Shown piece after piece: positions 25,071 to 38,160 of a stretch of 64,000 nucleotides of DNA. Below the pieces are notes generated by a model. The model had not been told where the DNA came from and did not search any database. It saw only the letters and a list, made by a program, of their open reading frames with translations. The translations under genes and the position numbers were made by a program. This DNA is from Eledone cirrhosa (taxonomy: Eukaryota). The stretch is taken from the NCBI GenBank assembly GCA_964016885.1, contig OZ024749.1, positions 52,762,001-52,826,000 on the forward strand, given 5' to 3'. How positions within the stretch are numbered: the stretch's first letter is position 1; every line of letters starts with the position of its first letter.

Positions 25071-25629
25071 GCTGCTGTTGTTGTTGTTGTTATTATTGTT
25101 GTTATATTTTTTCCTTTACATAATCTAAATTTTTAAATTATTTTTTAATTTTGTTTTTCCTCTGTTTACCAATAATTTTTTTAGGAATGACAATTCTTAT
25201 TTCTGCAGTAATTACTGGTATATGTTAGTAATAATATTCAGACCAGTTCTTGTTGGAATATTCATATATACATTATATATACTTACATAAACATTATATA
25301 TCTCTTTATATATAATATATAGAATTTTAACTCTTATATAATCTATAATCTATATACACACATATTTATATATAATAGATATATATATATAATATATATA
25401 TGTATATATATATATTATATATATAGAATTCAAGGCAAAACAATTGGTGTGTGTTTTTTTTTCTTCAATTGCATGGAAGAGCCACTTGTGTTGATGTCAA
25501 ATTGTCTGCAAGTGTTACTGTTTTATACGGTTTTGTTGTTCTCCTTCCTCTTCCTCCTCCTCCTCCCCCCCTCTTCCTCCACCTCTTCTTTTCCGTCCTC
25601 TTCTTCTTTCCTTCTCCTTCCAGGCTTTG

Positions 25630-26142
25630 TTGTTTTATTGTTGTTGTTGTTGTTGTGGTGGTGGTGGTGTTGTTGTTAGTTGTGGTCGTGAGGGTAGAGG
25701 TGGTGATGGTAGTGGTGGTTGTGGTGGTGGTTGTTGGTGTAGGCGATGGTAGTGGCGCTGGTGGCTGTTGTGATGGTGGTGGTGGTGGTAGTGGTGGTAG
25801 TGGTGGTGGTGGTGGTGACGGTAATGGTGTTAGTGGTGGTTGTGGTGGTGGTGGTTGGTGTAGGCGATGGTAGTGGTGCTGGTGGCTGTTGTGATGGTGG
25901 TGGTGGTTGTGATGGTAGTCATAGTAGTGGTGCTGGTGGTAGTAGAGGTGGTAGTAGTATTGGTTGTGGTGATGGTAGTGGTTGTTTTGGTGGTGGTGGT
26001 GGTGGTGGTGGTTGTGGTGGTGATTGTGGTGGCGGTGGTGGTTGTGATGGTGGTAGTGATGGTGGTTGTGGTGGTTGTGATGGTGGTAGTGATGGTGATT
26101 GTGGTGGTGGTGGTGGTTGTGGTGGTCGTTGTCGTGTTGTTG

Positions 26143-26174
<32 letters not shown>

Positions 26175-26298
26175 GGTGGTGGTGATTGTGGTGGTGGTGG
26201 TGGTTGTGATGGTGGTAGTGATGGTGGTTGTGGTGGTTGTGACGGTGGTAGTGATGGTGATTGTGGTGGTGGTGGTGGTTGTGGTGGTCGTTATCGTG

Positions 26299-26330
<32 letters not shown>

Positions 26331-26447
26331 GGTGGTGGTGGTGGTGATTGTGGTGGTGGTGGTGGTTGTGATGGTGGTAGTGATGGTGATTGTGGTGGTG
26401 GTGGTGGTTGTCGTGTTGGTGGTGGTGGTGGTGGTGGTGGTGGTGGT
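25630..26447. repeat. (GGT/GTT)n compound microsatellite
   Basis: Direct reading. Confidence 0.9.
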
Positions 26448-26819
26448 TTCGAAGATCATGTGAGTGTATACTGTATATCACTCAACTTAATGGAAAGGAG
26501 AGAGAGAGAGAGAAGAAAGGAGGGGGGGGACACAACAGCAAGAGAGTGATAGATAGATAGATAGATAGATATATTTCTTTATTAGCCACAGGGGCATAAA
26601 TAGATAGATAGATAGAAAAGGAGAGAAAGAAGGATAGATATATAGAGAGAGGGTGGTGGTGGTGGGGAGATGTACTGAATCGGAAGAAAGTATAGTAATT
26701 AAGACGAGAGAGAGAGAGGGGGAAGAGAGAGTCAGAGTCAGAGAGAGAGAAAGAGTCGGAGAGAGAGAGAGGGGGGGAAATAGTCATACAGAAAGAGAGA
26801 CAGAGATAGGGAGAGAGAG

Positions 26820-26858
<39 letters not shown>

Positions 26859-26865
26859 AAGAGTC

Positions 26866-26915
<50 letters not shown>

Positions 26916-26937
26916 GGAGAGAGAGAGAGAAAGAAAG

Positions 26938-26982
<45 letters not shown>

Positions 26983-26983
26983 A

Positions 26984-27025
<42 letters not shown>

Positions 27026-27295
27026 TCAGGGAGAGATGGGGAACTAGAGCTACCACGAATGGTTTTATCAAAGTAGCAGGACGTAAAAGGTTGAAGGTGG
27101 ATCTCGTGCGAAACAAGTTGTATATTACATATCAAACATTGAACTGGTGCTATAATGTATAGACCTATATAAAACAATAGTAAAACTATCAATAGTATAA
27201 TATATATGCTATTTTATTAGATCCTAACGTACTCTATAGCTGACAGTCTGTCATAACGAAATTATCAACATTTTATTATTTACTGTCTCAAATAA

Positions 27296-27478
27296 GGCGG
27301 TGGCAGTATCGGTAGAGGGTCGGGCGCCATGCTTTGAAGCATAGAGTTACCTCCCTGTATGATCTGAGTTCAAATCCCGCCGAGGTTAACTTTTCCTTTC
27401 ATCCTTCAGGGGTTGATAGAATAAAGTACCAGTAATGCACTGGGTATTTGCTGGCCTTGTGCCAAAAGTAGAAACAAT
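27296..27478 (+). mobile_element. tRNA-derived SINE with Meta-like central domain
   Basis: A/B boxes (TGGCAGTATCGG / GAGTTCAAATCC), GGTTAACTTTTCCTTTCATCCTT..GATAGAATAAAGTACCAG core; ~20-bp TSD ttatttactgtctcaaataa. Further copies at ~3640-3795(-), 13030-13205(+), 29625-29745(+), 31816-32005(+), 43490-43640(-), 43663-43850(+), 63590-63750(+). Confidence 0.85.
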
Positions 27479-28099
27479 TATTTACTGTCTCAAATAATGT
27501 TTGTTTTCGTCGTATTGGGGGTTTTGATTTCATATTGTAATTATATATTGTATATATATATTTATTTATATATATATATATATAATAAATCAGGAAAGAA
27601 GAGTGACACGGTTTGCTATACAAAAAAGGTTTTTAATCTCATTGCTGACAATTGTTTCTCTGAATTGGTAGGTCTAGAGATCGCTATCCGCTTATTTTCG
27701 CGTTACTCGATCGCCAATACAAAATTATAATCAGTCAGTTCATCGGAGTTTGCGAGAATGAAGAGAATATACAGGCATGAAAAGGATATACTATATGTAG
27801 TAGTAATGGCATTCAGTTAGAACATTCAGTTGGACTGCATATAACTATTATTTGTTACCCCGTATATATATATATATATAATATATATAATAAATAAATA
27901 TATATATATATAATATATATATTGCTAAACAAATTCAGAAATATATATATATTTATATATAACAAAGAAAGTGTGGTAAGGAACCAGATGGACCATATAA
28001 CTCACCAGAGTGCTCGAAACGACCGGAGCTCACTCAGTCACCGTCGGGGTACTGACTATTTTCCTTATATATATATATATATTTATTTATTTATATATA

Positions 28100-28270
28100 C
28101 AGGTAAAAATACTTTATAACGAATACCATTATAACGAATTTTTCAGTGTAACGAAATTTGTTTCAGTCCACGGGGTAATAACAAACAAACGCTCGATTTG
28201 TTTAGGTTGATCTCGTTATAAAGAATTTTTCGTTACAACAGATTTTTTAATACCCCGTGACTTTCGTTAT
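28100..28270. mobile_element. pogo/Tigger-like MITE
   Basis: TA-CAGGTAAAAATACTTTATAACGAA start with repeated TATAACGAA / TTCGTTA motifs. Confidence 0.6.
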
Positions 28271-28275
28271 ATATA

Positions 28276-28353
28276 CAGCATGTCCCCCAAAATGTATACA
28301 CAGATTTATTAGAAGGCTGTTGAAGTGTGTATACATTTTTGGGGGACACCCTG
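28276..28353. mobile_element. Tc1/mariner-type MITE
   Basis: TA-CAG(ca)TGTCCCCCAAAATGTATACAC...GTGTATACATTTTTGGGGGACACCCTG-TA. Related single terminal repeat at ~617-640. Confidence 0.8.
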
Positions 28354-28564
28354 TATAATTGGCAGCAGCTAGAATGCCCATATGTTTATTGTCTCTCTCG
28401 TTTGATAAGTTATTGTAATTATTCTTACCTGTTTTACACCTGTAGCGCTAGGTAAGTTTTAATATGATTGGCGATATTTTTCGTGGTGGATTTAATATTT
28501 TAAATATTTTTGGTAACTTATATATATATATTCAGAATATATTAAACAGCACACACACGCACAC

Positions 28565-28598
<34 letters not shown>

Positions 28599-28704
28599 TT
28601 AATAGATTCTGAAGAAATTGATACAAAAGAAATGGAATTTCTTACTGTATTGATTGAAACGTTCGTAAATCAACTAAATAATTTAATCCTGGCTATTTTT
28701 ATTC

Positions 28705-28770
<66 letters not shown>

Positions 28771-28801
28771 TGTATGTATGTATGTATGTATGTATGTATA
28801 T

Positions 28802-29405
28802 GTCAGGTCACCAGTTGGTGCTACTGGTAACATGTATCCCAGTACAACCTGTCTCATGGTCAGGTCGTTGGCGACTAAACTGGCAACCCCACCAAGGTTT
28901 CTTGGTGAAGAGGGTGACTTTGGACATCCTGCAGGACTAAAAACAAAACCTGTCAAAGGGCAAAGGAGCTCTTAAGAGTCAATGGCCATCCAAAATCACT
29001 GGGAGAGATGACCCCTTAACCTTTGTCAAGGCAGAATTCTAGGAGAAGGAAAATTCTGATATAACACCTGCAACCCTGATGGTATCCAATGATGTTGACT
29101 TGTTCTTCTTTTTGGTAAATATCATCTTGGTTAAGAGAGTGGGACTGGCTTTGTGCAGTGCCTTTGCTCACTATAAAAGCTTCACGGCACAGGCATTGCT
29201 TTATATCTGGAGATCTCTCTGCACTTGTCGTCACATGGTACCATGGGCCCAGCACTGTGTCAATAATTGTCACAAGTGTAGTGTTTGTACCAGAGTTTTC
29301 AAGTCGCTGGCTGGACTAAAAAGTCACACTCATTCAGCGCATCGGTAGGAGTTCTCCTACATGGATATAAAGTAGTGGCCGTACTCGAAAACGAGTTGGC
29401 AGCCA

Positions 29406-29409
<4 letters not shown>
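28802..29409 (+). mobile_element. Non-autonomous bipartite RTE-derived element (5'UTR-like head + C2H2 zinc-finger 3' end)
   Basis: Ends with HKCSVCTRVFKSLAGLKSHTHSAH (resembles the RTE C-terminal C2H2) and a short 3'UTR running into (TA)n; no RT present. Confidence 0.6.
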
Positions 29410-29453
<44 letters not shown>

Positions 29454-29775
29454 AGGTATGTATATATCTATATATATATACCCATCTAACAAATGCTAGC
29501 ATGGAAGATGGACGTTAAACGAAGATGATGATGATGATGATATATATTTATTTATCATAAATATATATACATACATGTATATATATATATGTTTATTATA
29601 TATATATTATTATTATATTACGGACTGAGTTCAAATCCCGCCGAGGTTAACTTTGCCTTTCATTCTTACAGGGTCGATAAAATAAAGTACCAGTAATACA
29701 CTGGGGTAATTGCTGGCCTTGTGCCATAAGTAGAAACAATTATTATATTACATATATATGTGTGTATTATATCTA

Positions 29776-29840
<65 letters not shown>

Positions 29841-30299
29841 ATCATCATCATCATCATCTTTATCACCACCATAAATTAATATATTCCCAAATATGCACGC
29901 ATACTGCACACACGTGTGTGTGCAGTATGCGTGTAAAGCATGTTTTGGAATGCATCTGTCTATCCATTTAACTTTAGATCGATTTCATCACTGATCAATA
30001 CATACTTCGATCTCTACAAGACAGTAAGTGTTGGTTTCAAGCCAGAGATTAGTAGAACGCTAGAATGGTAGAATGGTGGAATGGTAAAATGGTAGAATGG
30101 TAGAATGGTGAAATCAGTGAATATTTAGCTGGCTTACAGAATGTCTTATGTATGTCTGTATATATGTATGTGTGTATATATGTATGTATGTATATATGTA
30201 TGTGTATATATGTATGTATGACATGTATATATGTATGTGTGTTTATATGTATGTATGCATATATGTATGTGTGTATATATGTATGTATGACATATGTAC

Positions 30300-30700
30300 C
30301 GGGAGAGATGAACCCTTAGCCTTTGTCAAGGCAGAAGGAAAACTCTGATATAACACCTGCAACCCTGATGGTATCCAATGATGTTGACTTGTTCTTCTTT
30401 TTGGTAAATATCATCTTGGTTAAGAGAGTGGGACTGGCTTTGTGCAGTGCCTTTGCTCACTATAAAAGCTTCACGGCACAGGCATTGCTTTATATCTGGA
30501 GATCTCTCTGCACTTGTCGTCACATGGTACCATGGGCCCAGCACTATGTGTCAATAATTGTCACAAGTGTAGTGTTTGTACCAGAGTTTTCAAGTCGCTG
30601 GCTGGACTAAAAAATCACACTCGTTCAGCACATCGGTAGGGGTTCTCCTACATGGCTATAAAGTAGTGGCCGTACTCGAAAACGAGTTGGCAGCCACCAT
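30300..30700 (+). mobile_element. 5'-truncated second copy of the 28802 element
   Basis: ~400-bp near-identical direct repeat of 29001-29409. Confidence 0.8.
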
Positions 30701-30977
30701 GACATATGTATGTATGTAAGTATGTTTGTATGTATCTATGTATGTATGTATGTATGTATGTGTGTTTATGTATCTATGTATGTACATATGGAGGTATGGC
30801 TTGGTACATCCATATATATAGACATGTGTGTATGTATCACCATTATCATCATCATCACCATCATCATCATTTTAAGTCCACCTCCTATGTTGACGTGTTG
30901 GATACTCTTCCTAAAACCAATTACTTAACAGAGTGTACTGGGTGCATTTTATCATAGCAACAGCAGTAGGGATGCTG

Positions 30978-31795
30978 TCATGTCCTTGGCAATACTAAAG
31001 CCACTCTCTTCCAGAGGACGTTCGGTCCAGGGCCCATGGATAGCTTCCAGAAATCCCTGGTCTGGCTGTGCTACCCAGGAACTTTACCAGACCAGGGATA
31101 AACTCTACAGGCATAGAAGTGCTGTTATTCGGGCCTGTCTGAGGTGCATGCAGGGTAATGAAACCATCCAGCACGCACTCGAGTGTCCGAGTATTTCTGA
31201 CTTGTGGGTTTCTGTCGAGCACCTGCTGTCACATGTAGGACAGATCCAACTATCAACTGAGTCCATTGTGAAGATTGCCCCACCATCCTCCTTTAGAGGG
31301 GAAGGACAGACAGTTTTTATCTGTCTGGTGTCCATGGCAAAAGAGGTCATGTGTTGGACGCATTTGAAATGGTTGAAGAGAGCCATTTTCCTTTTCAGCG
31401 AAGCCTTGATTAACTTTTTCAGATTTTACTTGAAGAGGAAAATCAAGGTCGAGAGGTAAGTGCTGCCTTCCAACCAGTTTGTTGAAAGGTAGGTGAGAGG
31501 GTGAGCATGGTCTGTGTGAATGGGCCTGCCTTGAGCATACGCCTGTAGATTGGAGTAGAAAGACTAGGAGAGGGCACTTTGTGCTAACGGGCAGGGTGAC
31601 TGTGGCTTTTATGGGATTTCTCCACAAGTAACCCTTAGAATCTCCTCACCTTTGGGGAAGTTATGTTTGTTTTAAATGTTTCTTTTTTTAGTCTCTTTTA
31701 TAAATTTTATTTTACACAAACAACAACTGACACTGTATCGTCCTGTACCGTCTTTAATGTTTCCTTAATGTGAACCCTGTGTGGCTAATAAAGGG
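30978..31795 (+). mobile_element. Tx1/L1-type LINE 3' fragment, same family as 23400
   Basis: CLRCMQGNETIQHALECP, LSTESIVKI, same GTGGCTAATAAAG end. Confidence 0.8.
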
Positions 31796-32175
31796 AGCAT
31801 TATTATTATTATAATTGTGGATTGGCAGTATCGGTAGAGAGTTGGACGCCATGCTTTGCAGCATAGAGTTGTGGCCCTTTCCATTCTGAGTTCAAATCCT
31901 GCCAAGGTTAACTTTGCCTTTCATCCTTTTGAGGTCGATAAAAATAAAGTACCAGTAATGCACTGGGTAATTGCTGTCCTTGTGCCAAAAGTAGAAACAA
32001 TTATTATTATTTCTTTATTGGCCACAAGGGCTGAATCATGAAGGACAATACAAATACAGGGACTGTGTGTTGTTGTTGTTGGTGTTGTTGGGGGTTTACA
32101 TAATAGTTATTATTATATCAATTAGATTATGTATTAAAGTGTCATCTCCGCTCTCTCTCTCTCTCTCTCTCTGTA

Positions 32176-32206
<31 letters not shown>

Positions 32207-32446
32207 CTCTCTCTCTCTCTCTCTCTCCACATTTCACAGATAGTTTCTCATTTGTCATCTCACTGTTTTACAGTTTTACAGTTCTACTGTTTGACTTCAT
32301 TAGTTTCCATTGAACCTTACTGCTGCTGCTGCTGCTACTGCTGCTGCTGCTGCTGCTGCTTGTGTGATCTGCTGCTGGGCCAGATAGATTCAACGTTCAG
32401 TTATTCAATTATTTAAACCTGCTCTTTCACTGTCATTAAGTCACAT

Positions 32447-32507
<61 letters not shown>

Positions 32508-32547
32508 AGTAAATATATATGTATGTATAAGTATATATATATGTAAG

Positions 32548-32579
<32 letters not shown>

Positions 32580-32982
32580 TATATGTATGTGTGTGTATAT
32601 ATATATAATTATATATGTATATATATATATAGACATTCACACAGATATGTGTGTATGTCTATATATATATATATATATATACACATACACACAGATATGT
32701 GTGTATGTATGTATATATATATATATACATACACACAGATATGTGTGTATGTATGTATATATATATATATAGATATACACACACACACAGGTATGTGTAT
32801 ATATATAGACATTCACACAGATATGTGTGTATGTCTATATATATATATATACATACACACAGATATGTATGTATGTGTATATATATATATACATACACAC
32901 AGGTATGTGTGTATGTGTGTATATATATAGATATACACACAGATATGTGTGTATGTCTATATATATATAGATATACACACAG

Positions 32983-33013
<31 letters not shown>

Positions 33014-33120
33014 GACATACACACAGATATGTATGTTTGTAATGTACTTAAAGAAAGGTGTTTGTTCACCAGGTTAGTAAGTTATTTCTTAGTTCAGCAA
33101 CAATCAAAGTCAGTCAAATA

Positions 33121-34165
33121 AGAGTGAGATAGAGGGAGATAGAGTGAGATAGAGTGAGATAGAGAGATATAGAGTCTGTGATAGAGGGAAATAGAGTGAG
33201 ATAGAGGGAGATAGAGGGAGATAGAGGGAGATAGAGTCAGATAGAGTGAGATAGAGAGATATGGAGTCTGTGATAGAGGGAGATAGAGTGAGATAGAGGG
33301 AGATAGAGTGAGATAGAGTGAGATAGAGTGAGATGAGTGAGATAGAGGGAGATAGAGTGAGATTGAGAGATATAGAGTCTGTGATAGAATGAGATAGAGT
33401 GAGATAGAGGGAGATAGAGTCAGATAGAGTGAGATAGAGAGATATGGAGTCTGTGATAGAGGGAGATAGAGTGAGATAGAGGGAGATAGAGTGAGATAGA
33501 GTGAGATAGAGTGAGATGAGTGAGATAGAGGGAGATAGAGTGAGATTGAGAGATATAGAGTCTGTGATAGAATGAGATAGAGTGAGATAGAGGGAGATAG
33601 AGTGAGATAGAGTGAGATAGAGTGAGATGAGTGAGATAGAGGGAGATAGAGTGAAATTGAGAGATATAGAGTCTGTGATAGAATGAGATAGAGTGAGATA
33701 GAGTGAGATAGAGAGATATAGAGCCTGTGATAGAGTGAGATAGAGAGATATAGAGCCTGTGATAGAGTGAGATATAGTCTGTGGTAGAGTGAGATAGAGT
33801 CTGTGATAGAGTGAGATAGAGAGAGATAGAGTCTGTGATAGAGAGAGATTGAGAGATATAGAGTCTGTGATAGAGTGAGATAAAGAGAGATAGAGTGAGA
33901 TAGAGTCTGTGATAGAGAGAGATAGAGTGAGATAGAGTGAGATAGAGTCTGTGATAGAGTGAGATAGAGTGAGATAGAGTCTGTGATAGAGTGAGATAGA
34001 GTGAGATAGAGTCTGTGATAGAGTGAGATAGAGAGAGATAGAGTGAGATAGAGAGATATAGAGTCTGTGATAGAGTGAGATAGAGTCTGTGATAGAGAGA
34101 GATAGAGTGAGATAGAGTCTGTGATAGAGTGAGATAGAGTCTGTGATAGAGAGAGATAGAGTCTA
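33121..34165. repeat. Purine-rich 10-bp repeat (GAGATAGAGT) with higher-order units
   Basis: Direct reading. Confidence 0.9.
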
Positions 34166-34407
34166 GATATAATTATACAGTGAACTCTCCTACTGGAATG
34201 GATCATGTCAAAAATACTCAGCTATCACCTGTCATTAACTGGAGACATACATGGAATTAAATGAATTAAAAGAAGGCAGCTTGCCAGGGTCTTGACATAA
34301 ATGAATAGGAGAGAGTGTGTGTGTTGGGTGTATATATATATATATATATATTTATGTAATGCTAGCATGGAAAATGGACATTAAACGAAGATGATGATGA
34401 TGATGTA

Positions 34408-34526
<119 letters not shown>

Positions 34527-34782
34527 GTGCATATATATATATATATATATTTATTTATTAAAATAACAGATTAAAGTTTAAGCAAAGAATTGGTGCTTTC
34601 ACCCTTAACGGGATCTTCTGAAATATTTGCTCTACGTTTCTTATATCTTTGATATATATTTATCCTTATCGAGCCTTCTTTGGATTTTAGTCTTCAAATT
34701 TATTATTATTACTATATATATATATATATATATATGTGTGAGAATAAATAAATGAACATGAGTGTGGGTGGGTGTATATATA

Positions 34783-34870
<88 letters not shown>

Positions 34871-35010
34871 GATATTATCAAATTATTTTTACTCCAAATA
34901 TTTTTACTCCAAATATTTGTTGAGTGCTTTATATCAGTTATAATAATATTTGCTTGTTGTATCCCAACAATTTAAATAGAACTTTTACATATATATATAT
35001 ATATATATTT

Positions 35011-35083
<73 letters not shown>

Positions 35084-35236
35084 ATGTATATATGCATATA
35101 TGTATTTCAATTCTAAAACTTTGATTACCACATTCCAAATATATTTCCTTTATAAACTATGGGGTTTCTCTTATGCAAACTATGACCTTATCAAAACTGA
35201 AATTTCCAAGTTTGTACAATTGTTCATACATCCAGT

Positions 35237-35888
35237 AATCCTGGTATATATGACATACCAACCCTGGTATATATGGTATACCAATCCTGGTATATATGGT
35301 ATACCAATCCTGGTATATATGTCATACCAACCCTGGTATATATGACATACCAGCCCTGGTATATATGTCATACAAACCCTGGTGTATATGATATACCAAC
35401 CCTGGTATATATGACATACCAACCCTGGTATATATGGTATACCAATCCTGGTATATATGGTATACCAATCCTGGTATATATGACATACCAACCCTGGTAT
35501 ATATGACATACCAGCCCTGGTATATATGTCATACAAACCCTGGTGTATATGATATACCAACCCTGGTATATATGACATACCAACCCTGGTATATATGGTA
35601 TACCAATCCTGGTATATATGGTATACCAATCCTGGTATATATGACATACCAACCCTGGTATATATGACATACCAACCCTGGTATATATGGTATACCAATC
35701 CTGGTATATGTGACATACAAACCCTGGTATATATGACATACCAACCCTGGTATATATGACATACAAACCCTGGTATATATGACATACCAACCCTGGTATA
35801 TATGACATACCAATCCTGGTATATATGACATACAAACCCTGGTATATATGACATACCAACCCTGGTATATATGACATACCAACCCTGG
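35237..35888. repeat. Second array of the same 23-bp minisatellite
   Basis: Same unit and orientation as 5920-6760. Confidence 0.95.
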
Positions 35889-36698
35889 ACACCAAAACTT
35901 GTTGGCCTTGATCCTAGATCAGAAACTGTTGTCATTGATGCCAGGGGAGATATGTTATATAATATTCCAATCCATATTGTTAAATGCACCATAATTTTAT
36001 AGGATGAGGATTAAGATTAAGTTGATCTGAGATCAGTCATACCTACCCTTCGGTTATTTCCTTTATATGGTAAAACTTGGCTACCGTTTCAATAAAAAAC
36101 TACAGCAACGACAATAACACTTAATTAGTATTTCAATAAAAGCAACAACTAATTAGTATTTTAGTAAAGATTAGAAGGAGAGAAATAATGAAATTCTCAT
36201 AAATTAGCAAAACATTTAATTACGTATATGAGTAACGAGGGTTTGTTTGTTGTGTCTGTGTGTGTGTGTATGTTTGTGTATGTGTGAGTATGTGTGTGTA
36301 TGTGCGTGCATGTGTATGTATGTGTATGTGAGTAACAGGGTTTGTTTGTGAATGTGTGTGTATGTGTATATGTCTATGTATGTGTATATATGTGTATGTG
36401 AGTAACAGGGTTTGTTTGTGTTTGTGTATGTTGTTATATGTACATATGTAATTATCTCTGTGTATGTCTGTGTCTGTATCTGTGTGTGTATATGTGTGTG
36501 TATATGTGTGTGTATGTGTGTGTGTATATGTATATGGGTAATGGGTCTTTATTTGTATCTCACTAATTTTGTTGGTATATGTAATTATGTTTGTGTATGT
36601 GTAAATGAGTAACGTGGGTTTGTTTGTGTCTACGTTTGTTGTTATATGTACATATGTCATTAGGTGTGTATATGAGTGTGTTTGAGTGTGTGTGTATG

Positions 36699-36752
<54 letters not shown>

Positions 36753-36880
36753 AAACCTGCCAGAGATGCTTCCGTGTGAGAGAGACATGGTCTCCCGACC
36801 ATTCCAGCATCAAATGGAACAAAGCCGTCTAACCCATGCTAGCGTGGAAGATGGACGTTAAATGATGATAATGATGATGA

Positions 36881-36936
<56 letters not shown>

Positions 36937-37302
36937 AAACTTGGGGAGGGTCATATTGTTGTAATAATATTGGCAGAAATAATAACGCACTCACTGTTTG
37001 GTTGGTTTTCACTTCTGTCTTTTATATCTCCATAGTTAATTTATTTGGCAATCAATGTTTATCATTGATTGACCAACGGTTAAAAATACAGATATAAATA
37101 TATATATATATAGTCTATCAAAGTTATTTCATTGTACATCTACAACATCATCAGTGGTATTATTATTATGTTCCCTCCTATTGTATTGTAATGTCTATGC
37201 CATTTTTATTTTATTTTATTCATATATATATATGTGTGTGTGTGTGTAACTATATTTGTTTTTATAAAGTTTGATTGTAGTATTCACAAATAAATATACT
37301 GT

Positions 37303-37695
37303 TCACTGAGGCTTCTGCAATGTTTCCTTAAAACGTGACAAGTTGTAGTCAGACAGTATGTACCAGCAGAGAGAGTAGTAAGCTCGCAGTGGGAAGGAAG
37401 CTGTGTTGTCTATATGGAGAGGCAGATGACTGAGTGTGGTTGAAATGCCAACAGAAGAATTGCTGTCAGGCTCTTGTGAACAGGGCCAAATTCTTTTGCT
37501 AAGGGCTACGTCTCGCAACTTGCTTGAGCAAGTGATCCTTCTCTTCTGAGGAACCAATGTGGAATAACCTACAGAAAAACCTATCTCATTTAACCTGAAG
37601 TTGGCCAGCCTCTCCAGACCACTGACGCCAACCCGGGATGAAGAGAAATAGAAGCCAGATGTCATTCGGGGTCAGTATGTGCAAAGAAACTTCAC
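37303..37695 (-). mobile_element. Ancient CR1/L2-group LINE C-terminal remnant
   Basis: Degenerate LERL..CSSKL..SF..DYNLSRFK resembles recalled CR1/Crack ORF2 termini. Confidence 0.4.
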
Positions 37696-37731
37696 TACAT
37701 ATATACTCAATATTTAAACAGGTATATATAA

Positions 37732-38138
37732 GCCGGCCTTACCCAATTACACCTCTCAAAGGCGATGACACACGACCGTGACCTCTGGCGTCACGCAGTA
37801 ATACAGAGTACCTGACCTCCCATGGGTACAAGCTGAAGCATATAGACAATATGCCCCCACACCCTCCCACTGCAAGGTGGTCGTGGAGGTGCCACGGCAA
37901 AAAAGCACCCAGCCCACACTGTAAAGTGGACGTGTAGGCGCCACGAAAAAGCACCCAGCACTCACTGTAAATGAGGTTGGTGTTTGGAAGGGCATCCAGC
38001 TGTAGAAATCAAGCCAAATCAGTTCCTGTATGAGCAAGGCATGGTCAGCCGACCAGACACTGCCCACAACAGGACAACCCGTCTAACCCATGCTAGCGTG
38101 GAAGAACGGACGTAAAACGGTGATGATGATGATGATGA
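37732..38138 (+). mobile_element. 5'-truncated RTE 3' fragment (diverged variant), tail-to-tail with the 38161 copy
   Basis: Reverse complement of the RTE ORF end and 3'UTR with scattered substitutions; (GAT)n tail. Confidence 0.9.
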
Positions 38139-38160
38139 TATACAATATGTAAACAGGTGT

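Noticed and set aside
25465-26549. His-rich or Gly-rich 'structural protein' ORFs
   Set aside because: Compound trinucleotide repeat open in many frames on both strands.
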